A DNA stretch of 50,460 nucleotides from Candidatus Methylomirabilia bacterium (lineage in GTDB: Bacteria > Methylomirabilota > Methylomirabilia > Rokubacteriales > CSP1-6). The stretch covers positions 1 to 50,460 of the forward strand of contig JBGQHJ010000017.1 of the NCBI GenBank assembly GCA_041497895.1, written 5' to 3'. Under the pieces are notes generated by a model. It was not told where the DNA came from. It searched no databases and was given only the letters and a program-made list of their open reading frames with translations. The position numbers and the translations under genes were made by a program. Positions 1 to 12,547 of this stretch are shown here, in pieces (the first letter of the stretch is position 1; the number at the start of each line of letters is the position of its first letter).

Positions 1-962
1 GGGTTGTCCCAGATGTCCGACTTGAGGAAGCCGAACTCCCGGTTCAGCTTGAGCTGGACGATGAGGGTCTCCACCTGCTCCTCGGGCAGGCCCGAGAGCA
101 TGCGCACCGTCTCCTTGTAGGCCACCGCGATCACGTCCCTGGGCAGCCGGGTGACGTCGGTGACGATGTCGATGGCCCGCTCGGGCTTTCCGTACCAGAG
201 GTCCACCGCGTCCTTCTGCGCGTCGTTGAGATCCTTCGGGAACGACGGGTTCTTCTGGATGAACTCGGGGCTCGCCAGGTAGCAGACGTGGACCGGGAAG
301 CCGGTCGCCCGCCCGGTGGCCCGACGCCACAGGTCGATCTGCTTGGCCAGGTAGACGCCCTCGCCGCGGAACACCACCTGGTCGGTGATGGGCTGCCACG
401 CCACGATCGCGTCCACGTCCTTCTTCCCCAGCATCGTGACCATGTCGGGCGGCGCGGTCGCGGTGACGAGCTGGGTGTCCTTCTGCAGATCGAGCCCGTA
501 GCCCTTGAGGGTGAGGGCCCGGATGTCGAAGAAGGTGGAGGTGCCGACCACCGCCGCGATCTTGCGGCCCTTGAGGTCCTCCACCTTCGTGAGGCCGGCG
601 TCCTTGCGCGCCACGATGGCGCCCAGCACCGCGGTGGCCACCCCGGTCACCTTGAGCGGCACGCCCTCCTCGAAGGCCTTGGCCGCCAGCGCGAAGCTCA
701 TGTCGATGGCGTCGACGTTCTTGGCCGCGAGCTGGCTGAGCAGTGGCCCGGGCGCGCCGGGCACCACCGAGTACTCGGCGCTCCAGCCGTGCCGGCCGAG
801 CAGGTCCTCCTTGTGGATGATCTCGGTGCCGGCCCACCCGAGCTGGAGGTAGGCCAGGCGGACCTTCCCCTTGCCCTGGGCGCGCAGGACGGCGGGCGCG
901 CCGGTCATCGCGGCGGCCGCGCCCGCGCCGGCCAGCCTGAGGAGCTCGCGCCGGCCGAGCAC
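1..962 (-). CDS. ABC transporter substrate-binding protein, NMT1/SsuA/TauA-like, Tat signal; 3' end runs off the window
   Basis: Not in the ORF track; translated by hand from GTG 962: MLGRRELLRLAGAGAAAAMTGAPAVLRAQGKGKVRLAYLQLGWAG...EDLKGRKIAAVVGTST...DVDAIVAWQP. Has a twin-arginine motif and DLKGRKIA / DAIVAWxP motifs; starts 6 nt after the trpB2 stop. Confidence 0.85.
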   Translation of the reverse strand, partial: MLGRRELLRLAGAGAAAAMTGAPAVLRAQGKGKVRLAYLQLGWAGTEIIHKEDLLGRHGWSAEYSVVPGAPGPLLSQLAAKNVDAIDMSFALAAKAFEEGVPLKVTGVATAVLGAIVARKDAGLTKVEDLKGRKIAAVVGTSTFFDIRALTLKGYGLDLQKDTQLVTATAPPDMVTMLGKKDVDAIVAWQPITDQVVFRGEGVYLAKQIDLWRRATGRATGFPVHVCYLASPEFIQKNPSFPKDLNDAQKDAVDLWYGKPERAIDIVTDVTRLPRDVIAVAYKETVRMLSGLPEEQVETLIVQLKLNREFGFLKSDIWDN

Positions 963-968
963 GGCGGG

Positions 969-2351
969 TTAGCCCTTCACCTTGGGCAGGTGCTTGAGCG
1001 CCTCCGCCACCTTCTCCGCGGGGTACTCGTAGTCCTGGAGCTTGCCGGCCAGGTAGGCCTCGTAGGCGGAGAGATCGAGGAAGCCGTGGCCGGACAGGTT
1101 GAACACGATGGTCTTCCGCTTGCCTTCCTTCTTGGCCATCAGCGCCTCGTCGATGGCCCCCCGCACCGCGTGGGCCGCCTCCGGGGCGGGGAGGATTCCC
1201 TCGGCGCGCGCGAACTTCACCGCGGCCTCGAAGGTGGCGATCTGGGGCACCGCGCGGGCCTCGATGACCCCCTCGTCGTAGAGCTTGCAGATGAGGGGCG
1301 CCATGCCGTGGTAACGGAGCCCGCCCGCGTGCATTGGCGCGGGTATGAACGTGTGGCCGAGGGTGTGCATCTTCACGAGCGGGGTCAGCCCGACCGTGTC
1401 GCCGAAGTCGTAGGCGTACTTGCCCTTCGTGAGGCTCGGGCACGCGCTCGGCTCGATCGCGACGATGCGGCGCTTCTTGTTCTTGCCGGTGAGCTTGTCG
1501 GCCGCGAACGGGAAGGCGAAGCCGGCGAAGTTCGAGCCGCCCCCGATGCAGCCCACGAGGACGTCCGCGTCGTCGTCGGCCTTCTCGAGCTGCTTCTTGG
1601 TCTCGAGCCCGATCACGGTCTGGTGCATGAGCACGTGGTTGAGCACGCTGCCGAGCGAGTACTTGGTGTCGTCGCGGGTGGCCGCGTCCTCGACCGCCTC
1701 GCTGATCGCGATGCCGAGGCTGCCCGGCGAGTCCGGATCCTGCTCGAGCACCTTCTTGCCCGCCTGGGTGTCGGGGCTCGGGCTCGCCACCACCTGGGCC
1801 CCGAAGGTCTCCATGAGGATGCGGCGGTACGGCTTCTGCTGGTAGGAGACCTTCACCATGTACACCTTGCACTGCAGCCCGAAGAACGCGCACGCCTGGG
1901 AGAGCGCGGAGCCCCACTGCCCGGCGCCGGTCTCGGTGGAGAGCCGCGCCACCTTCTCCATCTTGTTGTAGTAGGCCTGGGCCACCGCGGTGTTGAGCTT
2001 GTGGCTACCCGCCGGGCTCCCGCCCTCGTACTTGTAGTAGATGCGCGCGGGGGTATCGAGCGCCTTCTCGAGGCGCCGCGCCCGGTGCAGCGGGGTCGGG
2101 CGCCACAGGCGGAGGATGTCCCGCACCGCGTCCGGGATCTCGATCCAGCGCTCCTGGCTGACCTCCTGCTTGATCAGCTCCATCGGGAAGAGCGGGGCCA
2201 GGTCCTGGGGCCCGATCGGCTGGCCGGTGCCCGGGTGCAGCGGCGGCGCCAGCGGGGTCTTGAAGTCGGCCTGGATGTTGTACCAGCGGGTCGGGATCTC
2301 CTTCTCGGAGAGGAGATACTTGGTCGTCATGTCGGCGGGCTTCCGAGCCAT
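969..2351 (-). CDS. trpB2: Tryptophan synthase beta chain-like protein, TrpB2 type (PLP-dependent)
   Basis: [11 protein letters not shown] (PLP lysine), [29 protein letters not shown] and NLSGHG motifs. ATG 2351 follows a GGAAGGAGG RBS, so the ORF-track start at 2435 is probably too long. Confidence 0.93.
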   Translation of the reverse strand: MARKPADMTTKYLLSEKEIPTRWYNIQADFKTPLAPPLHPGTGQPIGPQDLAPLFPMELIKQEVSQERWIEIPDAVRDILRLWRPTPLHRARRLEKALDTPARIYYKYEGGSPAGSHKLNTAVAQAYYNKMEKVARLSTETGAGQWGSALSQACAFFGLQCKVYMVKVSYQQKPYRRILMETFGAQVVASPSPDTQAGKKVLEQDPDSPGSLGIAISEAVEDAATRDDTKYSLGSVLNHVLMHQTVIGLETKKQLEKADDDADVLVGCIGGGSNFAGFAFPFAADKLTGKNKKRRIVAIEPSACPSLTKGKYAYDFGDTVGLTPLVKMHTLGHTFIPAPMHAGGLRYHGMAPLICKLYDEGVIEARAVPQIATFEAAVKFARAEGILPAPEAAHAVRGAIDEALMAKKEGKRKTIVFNLSGHGFLDLSAYEAYLAGKLQDYEYPAEKVAEALKHLPKVKG

Positions 2352-2405
2352 GGGGCGGCCTCCTTCCAGGTCCGTCGCGGTGGGACTGATGGGAAAACGG
2401 GCCTC

Positions 2406-2435
2406 ACAGTACCGCCCGGATGTGAAGGCCGTCAA
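2406..2435 (-). promoter_or_regulatory. Putative sigma70 promoter for trpB2 and the substrate-binding protein gene
   Basis: TTGACG-N18-TACTGT on the minus strand in the intergenic gap. Confidence 0.5.
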
Positions 2436-2469
2436 GGGGGTGGCCAGCCCGAGCGGCCGAGGGATGCGG

Positions 2470-3537
2470 CTAGCGCGCGCCCGTGGGTGGCTGCCCCGCC
2501 GGGACCGAGTAGACGACGGTCGCCTGGCTCCGCGTCTTGAACTGCGCGGGGCCGTGCGATTCCACCCGGATGCCCTCGCCGAGGCCGGCCCGGGTGTTCT
2601 CGTCGATCAGGATCGGGTGACCGAGGACCTTGGTGTGGGCCTCCAGGTGGGCGGCCAGGTTCACGGTGTCGCCCACCCCGGTATAGGTCACGCGCTGCTG
2701 GGTCCCGGTGAAGCCGGCCACGAGCGGCCCGGACGCGATGCCGATCCCGATCCGGACCTCCAGCGCGCCACGGCGGGCCTGATCCTGGTTGAAGCCGTCC
2801 ATCAGCTCGAGCATCTCGAGGGCCGCGCGCACCGCCCGCTCGCGATGATCGGGGCGAGGGAGGGGAGCTCCGAAGATCGCCATCAGGCCGTCGCCGAGCA
2901 TCTGGTTGACGATGCCGCCGTGACCGCCGATCGCGTCGAACGTGAGCGTGTAGTAGCTGTTCAGTAGCTCGATGGTGTCGGCCGGGGACAGGGTCTCGGT
3001 GATGCGCGTGAACCCGCGGATGTCGGAGAACATCACGCTGGCCTCGACCTGCTTGCCGCCCAGGGTGACGCCGGTCGTGAGCAGCTCCTCCGCCACCTCG
3101 GCGGTGGCGAATTTCCGGAACAGCTCCCGCTGCTGGTCCCGGAGGCGCTTCTTCTCGAGGCTGGCGCCGACGCGGGCGCGGAGCAGCACCGGGTTCACCG
3201 GCTTGAACAGGTAATCCTCCGCGCCCATCTCGATGCACCGGGCCACGCTGTCCACCTCCTCGACCGAGGACATCATGACGACCGGGAGATCCCGCAGGCG
3301 CGGGTCCGCCGCGAGCGCCTCGAGTACCTGGTAGCCGTCCATCTCCGGCATCTCGATGTCGAGCAGGACCAGGTCCACCGGGCGCTTGGCGAGCGCCGCG
3401 AGCGCCTCCCGCCCGTTCTCCGCGAAGGTCACGGTGTGCCCGAGCTGCTCGAGGGCGCGCCCGAGCAGGAGGCGGTTGACCCGGTTGTCGTCGACGACGA
3501 GGAGGTCGCCGGTGGGACCGTTACGCGGTGAGGTCAC
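2470..3537 (-). CDS. Response regulator receiver fused to class III adenylate/guanylate cyclase
   Basis: REC motifs [17 protein letters not shown] and FKP; cyclase motifs [20 protein letters not shown] and GDTVNLA. Overlaps the kinase stop codon. Confidence 0.92.
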   Translation of the reverse strand: MTSPRNGPTGDLLVVDDNRVNRLLLGRALEQLGHTVTFAENGREALAALAKRPVDLVLLDIEMPEMDGYQVLEALAADPRLRDLPVVMMSSVEEVDSVARCIEMGAEDYLFKPVNPVLLRARVGASLEKKRLRDQQRELFRKFATAEVAEELLTTGVTLGGKQVEASVMFSDIRGFTRITETLSPADTIELLNSYYTLTFDAIGGHGGIVNQMLGDGLMAIFGAPLPRPDHRERAVRAALEMLELMDGFNQDQARRGALEVRIGIGIASGPLVAGFTGTQQRVTYTGVGDTVNLAAHLEAHTKVLGHPILIDENTRAGLGEGIRVESHGPAQFKTRSQATVVYSVPAGQPPTGAR

Positions 3538-6500
3538 GTCGCAGGTCTCCCAGCGCGCGCGCGGCGCGCTCGTAGTGCTCGGTCAGCCGGTCGAGCCGAA
3601 CGGCGGCCCCGTCGAGGCTCCCGGCCCGCGCCGCGGCCTCGAGCTCACGCGCCAGTGCGGCCAGGCCGGTGGCGCCGAGGCTCTCGGCGGTGGACTTGAG
3701 CGAGTGCGCGGCCCGGCGGAACGCGTCGCGATCGGTCGCGGCCAGGGTCCGGCGCAGGGTCGCGAGCAGCTCGCGGGCGTCCTCGCCGAAGGTGTCGATC
3801 AGCTCGGCCACGAAGGGGCCGCCGGTGGTGGCGACGAGGCGCTCGAACACCGCGCGGTCGATCGCGCTCGCCGCGGGCGCGGGCGGCTCCGCGGGGCCGG
3901 GGGCCGGCGCCGCGTCCCGATGCGCGGGCGAGCGCTCGAGCGCGGCGACCAGCTCCTCGACCCGGATCGGCTTGGCCACGTAGTCGTCCATGCCGGCGGC
4001 CACGCACAGCTCCCGGTCTCCCTGCATCGCGTTCGCGGTCATGGCCACGATGCGGGGCCGCGCGGCCGGCCAGCGACGGTTGATCTCCCGGGAGGCCTCG
4101 AAGCCGTCGAGCTCCGGCATCTGCACGTCCATGAGCACCACGTCGTAGGTCTGGCGCTCGACCGCCTCGATGGCCTCGAGCCCGTTGGCGGCCACGTCGG
4201 CCCGGTAGCCCATCTGGGCGAGGAGGCGCAGGGCCACCTTCTGGTTGACCACGTTGTCCTCCGCCAGCAGGATCCGGAGCGGGTGGCGGCGGGCCGTCTC
4301 CGGATCGAGCTCGCTCCGCGCCGCCGCGCGCGGGGCCACGTGGACCGGCTGATCGGCCACCACCGAGACCAGCGCGTCGAAGAGCTGCGACGGCTTGATG
4401 GGCTTGTGGAGATAGGCCGCGAAGCCCTCGTCCTCGGCGTGCGCCTCGCGGCGGCCGAGCGAGGTGAAGAGGATGAGGGGCAGGGAGCTCCCCGCGGGCA
4501 GCTGCCGGATCGCGTGGGCGAGGGCGACGCCGTCCATCTCCGGCATGTGCATGTCCAGGATCGCGACGTCGAAACGCTCGCCGGTCCGGATCCACCCGAG
4601 CGCCTCGAGCGGCGACTCCGAGGCGCGCGACGGCATTCCCCAGTTGTCGAGGTGCGCGGTGACGATGCGCCGATTGGTGGCGTTGTCGTCCACCACGAGC
4701 ACGCGCTTGTCGCGCAGCGACGGCTGCACCCCGCTCAGGTCGCGGCGGACCTGGAGGGGTGCCTCGGTGGCGACGGCCCGGATCGTGAACTGGAACTCGC
4801 TGCCGGTTCCGACCTCACTGGTGACGCCGATCTTGCCGCCCATCAGCTCGGTGAGCCGCTGGCTGATCGCGAGCCCCAGCCCGGTGCCCCCGTAGCGGCG
4901 GGTGGTCGAGGCGTCGACCTGGCTGAACGACTGGAAGAGGCGGCCGAGGCGGTCGGCCGGGATGCCGATGCCGGTGTCGCGGACGGTGAAGGTCAGCTCG
5001 TGCAGCGCCGACGCGTGGGCCGGCGGGCGGGCGCCCACCGAGAGCACCACCTCGCCCCGCTCGGTGAACTTGACCGCGTTCGAGAGCAGGTTCAGCAGCA
5101 CCTGGCGGAGCCGCGTCACGTCGCCCACGATCGCGGCGGGCACCCCGTCGCCCACCAGGTAGGCCAGGTCGATCCCCTTCTCGGCCGCGCGGGTGGCCAC
5201 GAGGTCGAGGGCGCCCTCGACGCACTCCCGCAGGTCGAAGGGCTGGGCCTCCAGCTCGAGCTTGCCCGCCTCGATCTTCGAGAAGTCGAGGATGTCGTTG
5301 ATGACGGTGAGGAGGGTGTCGCCGCTGCCCCGGATGACCTCCGCGTAGTCGCGCTGCTCCTCGGACAGCCGGGTGTTGAGCAGGAGCCCGCTCATGCCGA
5401 TGACCGCGTTCATCGGGGTGCGGATCTCGTGGCTCATGGTGGCCAGGAAGGCGCTCTTGGCCTCGTTGGCCGCCTCCGCCTCCTGCCGGGCGCGCAGGAG
5501 CTCGGTGATGTCGTGGTAGATCCCGATCATGCCCACCTTGGCCCCGTCGACGATCACCGGCAGCGACGAGATCTCCACGTCCACGACGGTGCCGTCTTTC
5601 CGGGTGCGCTGGGCGATCGAGCGGATCCATTCGCCCGCGAGCGTGTTCCGGATGTTGGCCCGGACCTCCTCGCGCAGCTCGGGCGTCGCGATCAGCTCCT
5701 CCATGGCGCGGCCGAGCGCCTCGACCGGCGGGTAGCCGAAGAGCCGCTCCGCCCCGGGGTTCCAGCCGACCACGCTGCCATTGAGGTCCATGGTGACGAT
5801 GGCCACCGGGCTCGTCTCGAGCAGCGTGTCCGCGTACTGCTTCTGGCGCTGGATCTCCTGGAACAGGCGGGCGTTGTGGATGGCCAGCACCGACTGGGTC
5901 GCGAAGGTTTGCAGCATCGCGACCGCCTCGGGCGGGAACGCGCCGCGCTCGCGACGAATGATCACCAGCCCGCCGAGCAGGCGGTCCTCCCGGATGAGGG
6001 GTACGGCCAGGAGCGACCCCATGCCCTGGTCGGCGAGCCGCCGGCGCGCCTGGGGCGCGACCAGCTCCGCGTCGTGCTGGATGTCGGCGACCTGGACCGG
6101 CGCCCGGGTCACTCCGGCCCGACCGATCGCGCCCTCGCCGAGCCTGATCGGCGCCACCCGCATCGTCTCGACGTACTCGGGCGTCATCCGGTGGGTGGCG
6201 CGCTGGTGAAACGTCCGGGTCGCCTCGTCGAACTCGTACGCCACGCCCTGGTCGCTGCCGGAGAGCTGGACCGCGCGCCCGACGATGGTCTCGAGCACCG
6301 CGTCGAGGTCGAGGGTGGAGCTCACCGCCTGGCTGACCTCGCCGAGGGCCTGCAGCTCGCCGACCGAGCGCGTGAGCTGGGCGGTCCGCGCCTCCAGCTC
6401 CTTGAACAGGCGCACGTTCTCGATCGCGATACCCGCCTGCTCGGTGAAGGTCTGCAGGAGCGGGATCTCGTCACTCGAGAAGGGCTGGGGCTCTCCGGCG

Positions 6501-9500
6501 GGGCTGCTGCGAGTGATCGCGAGGGCACCGAGCGCTCGGCCTTCCCGCATGATGGGTACCGCGAGCACGCTCCGGTACCCGGAGGAGAGCGCGAGCTCGC
6601 GCACGGAATCCGACACGTTCGACTCCGCCGCGATGTCGGCGACGTTGATGACCTCTCCCCGCAGGATGGCTCGGGCGACGAGGGTGCCGCTCTCCGAGAG
6701 CCGTTGCGGGAACGTGCGCTGGAACTGGTCGACCGCGGCGGGGGGAAGGTTGTGGTGGGTGACGAAGCGGATGACGTCGCCGGCCAGCTGATAGACGAGG
6801 GCGAACCGCGCGTGGCAGAGGCGGACCGCGTTCCGCACGATCGCATCGAAGACCGGCTGGGTGTCGGTCGCGGAGCCGCTCATGACGCTGAGCACGTCGG
6901 CGGTCGCGGTCTGCTGCTCCAGGGCGTTGGTGAGATCGTGGTTGCGGGCGTCGAGCTCGGTGAAGAGCCGGACGTTCTCGATCGCGATCACGGCCTGGTC
7001 GGCGAAGGTCCGGAGGAGCTCGACCTGCCGGTCGGGAAAGACCCCCGGCTCGGCCCGCGCAACCGAGATCGCCCCGACCGGTCGACCTTCCCGCATCATC
7101 GGGACCGCCACCAGGCTGCGGAAGTTCATCGCATCGGCCACCGCGGTGACCGCGTACTCCGGATCGGAGTGGACGTCGTAGATCTGCGCGACTCCCACAT
7201 CCAGGATGGCCCGGCCGGCCGTGGTGCCCCGGTCGGCGGGCCGTGGGAACGCGCGTTGCGCGGCCTCGAGGCCCTCGCGGTTGTGGCCCTCCGAGGCCAC
7301 GAAGTGGAGGGCGCCGGCCTCGTACCGGAAGACCTGGCAGAACTCGGCCTCGCACAGGCGGCGCGCGCTCTCCGCGATGGTGTCGAAGACGGGCTGGGCG
7401 TCGGTGGGCGAGCTGGAGATGACGCGCAGGATCTCGCCGGTGGCGGTCTGCTGCTCGAGGGTCTCGGTCAGATCGCTGTTGCGCGCCTCCAGCTCGGTGA
7501 AGAGGCGGACGTTCTCGATCGCGATCACCGCCTGGTCCGCGAAGGTCTGGAGCAGGGCGACCTGGCTCTCGGAGAAGGGGCCTTCGACCTTGGCCACGAT
7601 GATGGCGCCGATGGCCTGGCTCTCGCGCAGCATGGGCACGACCAGGAGTGTCTGGTAGCCCTGGGCGATCGCCAGCTCGCGCGAGCTGGCGGCCACGGTG
7701 GGATCGTCCTGCAGGTGGTGAAGGTGGATGGTCCTCGCCTCGCGCACCGCGTGGGCGGTGACGTGGTCGCGCGTCACCGGCATCGGGAACAGGCGGTGGG
7801 CGGTCGCCAGCCCGTCCGGCGACCAGTTGTGGTGCGACACGAGATGCAGGAGGCCCCCCTCCAGCCGTACCGCCGCGCTGTGCAGGGCGCCGCAGAGGCG
7901 CACCGCGTTCGTCACCACCGCGTCGAAGACCGGCTGCACGTCGGTGGGCGAGCTCGAGATGACGCGCAGGATCTCGCCGGTGGCGGTCTGCTGCTCCAGG
8001 GTCTCGGTGAGGTCGCGATTGCGGACCTCGAGCTCCTTGAACAGGCGGACGTTCTCGATGGCGATGACCGCCTGATCGGCGAAGGTCTGGAGCAGCCCGA
8101 TCTGGGCGTCGGAGAACGGACCGGACTGGGCGCGGGCCACCATGATGACGCCGATGGGCTGACCCTCCCGCATCATCGGCACGTAGAGGCCACTGCGCAT
8201 CCCGACCGCCCGGGTCAGGCCGCGATGCCGGTACTCCGGGTCCTGCTCGACGTCCGGGATGTGGACCACCGCCCGCTCGAGGATGGTCCGGCCGGAGCCG
8301 TGATCGCGAGTGGGCCGGACCGGGTAGATTCGACGGACCTCCTCCAGGCCCTCGGCGGTGAAGTTGTGCTGGGCCACCTGGTGGATCAGCTCGCCGTCGT
8401 AGCGAAAGAGCGCGCTGAAGAGCCCATCGCAGAGCTTGACCACGCTGCGCACGATGGTGTCGAACACCGGCTGGACGTCGGTGGGCGAGCTCGAGATGAC
8501 GCGCAGGATCTCGCCGGTCGCGGTCTGCTGCTCGAGGGACTCGGTAAGGGCCCGGTTGCGGACCTCTAGCTCCTTGAACAGGCGGACGTTCTCGATGGCG
8601 ATCACCGCCTGGTCGGCGAAGGTCTGGAGGAGCACGACCTGCCGGTCCGTGAAGAGCTGATTGCTGGTGCGGCGGAGCTGGATGGTGCCGAGCGCGATGC
8701 CATCGCGCAGCAGGGGGACGCAGAGGATGGTGCGGAAGCCCATGCGCTGCGCGTTCGCGCTGCTCTCGGGAAACTCCGCCGCCTCCTCCTGCATGTCCGC
8801 TACATGGACGGTCGCGGCGTCCAGCACCGCGCGACCCCAGGCGTTTCCACGGGACAGCGGAAGGACGAATTCGCCCACCGGACCGATCGGAATCGGGCCG
8901 TGATGGGCGACGAGCACGAGGCGGTCACCATCGCGGCGGCACAAGGAGGAGTCGAACGACTCGCACAGCCGGGCCGCGCTCTCCGCGACGGCGTCGAACA
9001 CGGGCTGGACGTCGGTCGGCGAGCCCGAGATGACGCGCAGGATCTCGCTCGTCGCCGTCTGCTGCTCCAGGGTCTCGGTCAGGTCGCGGTTCCGGGCCTC
9101 CAGTTCCCGGAAGAGCCGGACGTTCTGGATCGCGATCACCGCCTGGTCTGCGAAGGTCTTCAGGAGCGCGATCTGTGTGTCGGAGAAGGCGCGCGGAGTG
9201 CCCCAGCGCTGGACGGTGATCGCGCCGATCGTGACCCCGTCGCGCACCATCGGGACCGAGAGCAGGGTGCGGAGGCCGACGGTGTCCCGCAGGGCGTCGA
9301 GCACGTAGGTGGGATCCTCGCGCACGTCCGGGATGTGGGCGGGGCGGCCGCTCAGGAGGGCACGGCCGGTCGCGGTGCTCGCGGTGGCCGGCATCGGATA
9401 CGCGGCCCGCAGGGCACTGGCCTGTGCGGGGTTCGCATTGTCGAGCGCCTCGATCCGGACCATCTCCCCGTCGTACATGAAGACGCCCGCCGAGTCGGAC

Positions 9501-12445
9501 CCGCACAGAGCCCGGGCGTTCGTGACGATCGTCTCGAAGACCGGCTTGACGTCGGTCGGAGAGCTGCTGATGACGCGCAGGATCTCGCCGGTCGCAGTTT
9601 GCTGCTCGAGCGTCTCGGTCAGTTCGCGGTTGCGCGCCTCGAGCTCCTGGAACAGGCGGACGTTCTCGATCGCGATGACCGCCTGATCGGCGAAGGTCTG
9701 GAGCAAGGCGACCTGCCGGTCCGTGAAGAGTCGAGCCTCGGCCCGGAGGATCGCGATCACGCCGATCGCGACCCCTTCTCGCATCAGGGGAACGCAGAGT
9801 ATGGTGCGGAAGCCGATGCGTCGTGCATTCTCGCTGCTCTCCGGATACTCGTCGACCTCGGTCTGGGTGTCGGCGAGGTGGATCGTGCGTCCATCCAGCA
9901 CCGCTCGGCCCGCGGCCGTTCCGCGCACCACGGGGAGAGAGAGCTCGCCCACGGGCAGGACCATACTCGTGCCGTGGTGCGCGACGAGCGGGAGCCGATC
10001 GCCGTTTCGGCGGTAGATGGCGGCATCGAACGACTCGCATAGCCGGGCCGCGCTCTCCGCGACACTGTCGAACACGGGCTGCACGTCGGTCGGCGAGCTC
10101 GAGATGACCCGGAGGATCTCGGCGGTCGCGGTCTGCTGCTCCAGCGACTCGGTCAGATCGCCGTTGCGGGCCTGCAGCTCGGTGAGGAGCCGGACGTTCT
10201 CGATCGCGATGACTGCCTGGTCGGCGAACGTCGTCACCAGCTCGATCTGCTTGTCGGTGAAGGGCTCGACCTTAGCCTTCAGGATGACTATCACGCCGAG
10301 GAGGAGGTCTTCCCGCAGCATCGGGACGGCGAGGACGGTGCGATAGTCTTGCTCCTTGATCAGCGGACCGTACTCGTAGCCCGGCACCGCGAGCACATCG
10401 GCAACGTGGACCGGCCGGCGCTCCGCGGCCGCGCGCCCGGCCACCGACCCGGGCCCGGGGCGGGTCGGATTCCGCTCAAGGTACTCCTGGAACCCCGGCC
10501 AGGCCCCGTAGGCGGCCGCGAAGCGCAGGACCTCGCCGTCGAACCGGAAGATGTGGCCTCGGGTCGCGCCGCAGAGGCGGGTGGCGCTCTCGACGACCGT
10601 CTCGAGCACCGGCAGCAGATCGACCGTCGAGCGGCTGATGACCTTGAGGACCTCGCTGGTCGCGGTCTGCTGCTCCAGCGCCTCGCTGAGGGCCGTGTTG
10701 CGCGTCCCGAGCTCCTGGAAGAGCCGGACGTTCTCGATCGCGATGGCCGCCTGATCGGCGAAGATCTTGACGAGCTCGAGCTGGCGGTCGGAGAAGGGTC
10801 GCACCTCCGTCCGGAACAGCACGATCGCCCCGAGCGGGGTGCCCTCGCGGAGCAGCGGGGTGGCGATGATGGTGTGGTGGCCGAAGCGGCGCTGCAGATC
10901 GCGTCCCACCGGGAGCTGGTCCTCCGGCTCGGCGGCGAGATCGTGGACGTGGACGGTACGCCGCGCCAGGATCGCCCGGCCGCTCACCGAGCCCGTGCTC
11001 ACCGGGAGCTCGAGCGCCTCGATGCCCCCCGCCCGGGAGGCCAGCTCGAGCCCGAACGGCCCGACCGCGGCCGCCCCGCGAAGCACGCCCCCGTCGAGCC
11101 GGAGGATCGCCACGTCCGGCGCCCCGCAGAAGCGCGCCGCCGCCTGGACCACCGTCTCGAGGACGGGCCGGATGTCGGTGGGCGAGCTCGAGATGGCGCG
11201 GAGGATCTCCGCGGTGGCGGTCTGCTGCTCGAGGGACTCGGTGAGGTCGCGGTTGCGCGCCTGCACCTCCGTGAACAGGCGGACGTTCTCGATCGCGATG
11301 ACCGCCTGGTCCGCGAAGGTCTTCAGCAGCTCGACCCGCTGCTCGCTGAACAGGCCGGGAGTCGACCGCCCCACGAAGATGACGCCGATGACCTGCCCGT
11401 CGCGCAGCATCGGCGCCCCGAGCCCGACCCGCCCGCCGCCCGCCACCGCCTCGCTCTTCATCGCGTACGTCGGATCGGCCATCACGTCCTGGACGTGGAC
11501 GACGGCCCGTTCCCGGTACACGCGCGCGGTGACGGCCTCGAAGTCGAGCGGCATGGGGAACACCTGGAGCATGGCTTCGATTCCCTCCTGGGTCACCCCG
11601 TGGATCGCGGCCAGCTGCAGGAGAGCTCCGTCGACCCGGGAGACCACGCCGACGTCCGCATCGCAGAGGCTGGCCGCGCGCTCCGCGATGATGTCGAACA
11701 CGGGCTGCACGTCGGTCGGCGAGCTCGAGATCACGCGGAGGATGTCGCTGGTCGCGGTCTGCTGCGCCAGGGTCTCGGTCAGCTCGCGATTGCGTTCCTG
11801 CACCTCGCCGAGCAGCCGGGCGTTCTCGATGGCGATGGCCGCCTGCTCCGCGAAGGTCTCGACCAGATCGATCTGCGAGGGGGCGAACGGCTTGACCGTC
11901 CGCCGCGCACAGCCGATCACCCCGATCGGCACGCCGGCCCTCATGATCGGAACCGCCAGGAAGGTGCGATACCCGGCGGCCCGGAGCAGGGCGCGTTGGG
12001 TCCGGCGGTCGTAGTGGGGGTCGGCGAGGACGTCCGCGATGTGGACGGCCGTACCGTCCACGACGGCGCGGCCCATGGCGAAGCCGCGCTCCGGCGGGCG
12101 CGGGAACAGCCGGCGGTAGACGTCCGCCTCCTCGGGCGAGACGTTGCTGACCGCGACCAGGTGGAGCTGGCCGTCGGCGATACGGGCCACCGCGCCGAGC
12201 TCGGAGTCGCACAGCCGCTCCGCGTTCTTCACGATAGCGTCGAAGACCGGTTGGAGATCGGCGGGTGAGCTCGAGATGACCCGCAGGAGCTCGCTGGTGG
12301 CGGCCTGCTGCGCGAGAGCGTCGGCGAGACGCGCCTCGGAAGCCGGGCGGGCCGCTGGGGCACCGGGCGGGATCCGGGGGGCGGCCGGCTTACGCTGGAC
12401 CTGGGCTTTCTTGGCGCTCCTGTTCGGCCTGGAACCCCGGCGCAT
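3521..12445 (-). CDS. Giant hybrid sensor histidine kinase: 12 GAF, PAS, HisKA, HATPase, two REC, Hpt (about 2974 aa)
   Basis: Eleven repeats begin QQ(T/A)AT.e.l.v.s.s and end F..QA.IAI.N.RL, plus a 12th GAF. Then PAS ([11 protein letters not shown]), H-box [33 protein letters not shown], two receivers and Hpt AHSLKS. ATG 12445 follows an AGGAGG RBS. Confidence 0.95.
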   Translation of the reverse strand: MRRGSRPNRSAKKAQVQRKPAAPRIPPGAPAARPASEARLADALAQQAATSELLRVISSSPADLQPVFDAIVKNAERLCDSELGAVARIADGQLHLVAVSNVSPEEADVYRRLFPRPPERGFAMGRAVVDGTAVHIADVLADPHYDRRTQRALLRAAGYRTFLAVPIMRAGVPIGVIGCARRTVKPFAPSQIDLVETFAEQAAIAIENARLLGEVQERNRELTETLAQQTATSDILRVISSSPTDVQPVFDIIAERAASLCDADVGVVSRVDGALLQLAAIHGVTQEGIEAMLQVFPMPLDFEAVTARVYRERAVVHVQDVMADPTYAMKSEAVAGGGRVGLGAPMLRDGQVIGVIFVGRSTPGLFSEQRVELLKTFADQAVIAIENVRLFTEVQARNRDLTESLEQQTATAEILRAISSSPTDIRPVLETVVQAAARFCGAPDVAILRLDGGVLRGAAAVGPFGLELASRAGGIEALELPVSTGSVSGRAILARRTVHVHDLAAEPEDQLPVGRDLQRRFGHHTIIATPLLREGTPLGAIVLFRTEVRPFSDRQLELVKIFADQAAIAIENVRLFQELGTRNTALSEALEQQTATSEVLKVISRSTVDLLPVLETVVESATRLCGATRGHIFRFDGEVLRFAAAYGAWPGFQEYLERNPTRPGPGSVAGRAAAERRPVHVADVLAVPGYEYGPLIKEQDYRTVLAVPMLREDLLLGVIVILKAKVEPFTDKQIELVTTFADQAVIAIENVRLLTELQARNGDLTESLEQQTATAEILRVISSSPTDVQPVFDSVAESAARLCESFDAAIYRRNGDRLPLVAHHGTSMVLPVGELSLPVVRGTAAGRAVLDGRTIHLADTQTEVDEYPESSENARRIGFRTILCVPLMREGVAIGVIAILRAEARLFTDRQVALLQTFADQAVIAIENVRLFQELEARNRELTETLEQQTATGEILRVISSSPTDVKPVFETIVTNARALCGSDSAGVFMYDGEMVRIEALDNANPAQASALRAAYPMPATASTATGRALLSGRPAHIPDVREDPTYVLDALRDTVGLRTLLSVPMVRDGVTIGAITVQRWGTPRAFSDTQIALLKTFADQAVIAIQNVRLFRELEARNRDLTETLEQQTATSEILRVISGSPTDVQPVFDAVAESAARLCESFDSSLCRRDGDRLVLVAHHGPIPIGPVGEFVLPLSRGNAWGRAVLDAATVHVADMQEEAAEFPESSANAQRMGFRTILCVPLLRDGIALGTIQLRRTSNQLFTDRQVVLLQTFADQAVIAIENVRLFKELEVRNRALTESLEQQTATGEILRVISSSPTDVQPVFDTIVRSVVKLCDGLFSALFRYDGELIHQVAQHNFTAEGLEEVRRIYPVRPTRDHGSGRTILERAVVHIPDVEQDPEYRHRGLTRAVGMRSGLYVPMMREGQPIGVIMVARAQSGPFSDAQIGLLQTFADQAVIAIENVRLFKELEVRNRDLTETLEQQTATGEILRVISSSPTDVQPVFDAVVTNAVRLCGALHSAAVRLEGGLLHLVSHHNWSPDGLATAHRLFPMPVTRDHVTAHAVREARTIHLHHLQDDPTVAASSRELAIAQGYQTLLVVPMLRESQAIGAIIVAKVEGPFSESQVALLQTFADQAVIAIENVRLFTELEARNSDLTETLEQQTATGEILRVISSSPTDAQPVFDTIAESARRLCEAEFCQVFRYEAGALHFVASEGHNREGLEAAQRAFPRPADRGTTAGRAILDVGVAQIYDVHSDPEYAVTAVADAMNFRSLVAVPMMREGRPVGAISVARAEPGVFPDRQVELLRTFADQAVIAIENVRLFTELDARNHDLTNALEQQTATADVLSVMSGSATDTQPVFDAIVRNAVRLCHARFALVYQLAGDVIRFVTHHNLPPAAVDQFQRTFPQRLSESGTLVARAILRGEVINVADIAAESNVSDSVRELALSSGYRSVLAVPIMREGRALGALAITRSSPAGEPQPFSSDEIPLLQTFTEQAGIAIENVRLFKELEARTAQLTRSVGELQALGEVSQAVSSTLDLDAVLETIVGRAVQLSGSDQGVAYEFDEATRTFHQRATHRMTPEYVETMRVAPIRLGEGAIGRAGVTRAPVQVADIQHDAELVAPQARRRLADQGMGSLLAVPLIREDRLLGGLVIIRRERGAFPPEAVAMLQTFATQSVLAIHNARLFQEIQRQKQYADTLLETSPVAIVTMDLNGSVVGWNPGAERLFGYPPVEALGRAMEELIATPELREEVRANIRNTLAGEWIRSIAQRTRKDGTVVDVEISSLPVIVDGAKVGMIGIYHDITELLRARQEAEAANEAKSAFLATMSHEIRTPMNAVIGMSGLLLNTRLSEEQRDYAEVIRGSGDTLLTVINDILDFSKIEAGKLELEAQPFDLRECVEGALDLVATRAAEKGIDLAYLVGDGVPAAIVGDVTRLRQVLLNLLSNAVKFTERGEVVLSVGARPPAHASALHELTFTVRDTGIGIPADRLGRLFQSFSQVDASTTRRYGGTGLGLAISQRLTELMGGKIGVTSEVGTGSEFQFTIRAVATEAPLQVRRDLSGVQPSLRDKRVLVVDDNATNRRIVTAHLDNWGMPSRASESPLEALGWIRTGERFDVAILDMHMPEMDGVALAHAIRQLPAGSSLPLILFTSLGRREAHAEDEGFAAYLHKPIKPSQLFDALVSVVADQPVHVAPRAAARSELDPETARRHPLRILLAEDNVVNQKVALRLLAQMGYRADVAANGLEAIEAVERQTYDVVLMDVQMPELDGFEASREINRRWPAARPRIVAMTANAMQGDRELCVAAGMDDYVAKPIRVEELVAALERSPAHRDAAPAPGPAEPPAPAASAIDRAVFERLVATTGGPFVAELIDTFGEDARELLATLRRTLAATDRDAFRRAAHSLKSTAESLGATGLAALARELEAAARAGSLDGAAVRLDRLTEHYERAARALGDLRRDLTA
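6400..12330 (-). repeat. Intragenic repeats: conserved inter-GAF linker DNA recurring about every 540 nt
   Basis: Plus-strand motif like gttctcgat(c/g)gcgat(g/c)accgcctg(g/a)tc.gcgaaggtc near 6416, 6974, 7511, 8051, 8588, 9122, 9662, 10196, 10730, 11285 and 11822. Confidence 0.85.
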
Positions 12446-12547
12446 CGCACCTCCTGGACATGGGCTCAACCCCGCGAGCGCGAGAGTGGCCGCCCAAGGC
12501 TAAGCGAAGGGGCGCGGCTTCACAAGAGGAAAGCGGGCGCCGGTCGC

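Noticed and set aside
3356..8569. 1737-aa plus-strand ORF, and similar long ORFs at 288-2540, 13186-15465, 25364-29470 and 35964-37706
   Set aside because: They are antisense shadows of well-supported genes, caused by high GC3 codon bias; no recognisable motifs.
6400..12330. Regularly spaced repeats as a possible CRISPR array
   Set aside because: The period is about 540 nt, the repeats are in-frame protein linkers, and no cas genes are present.
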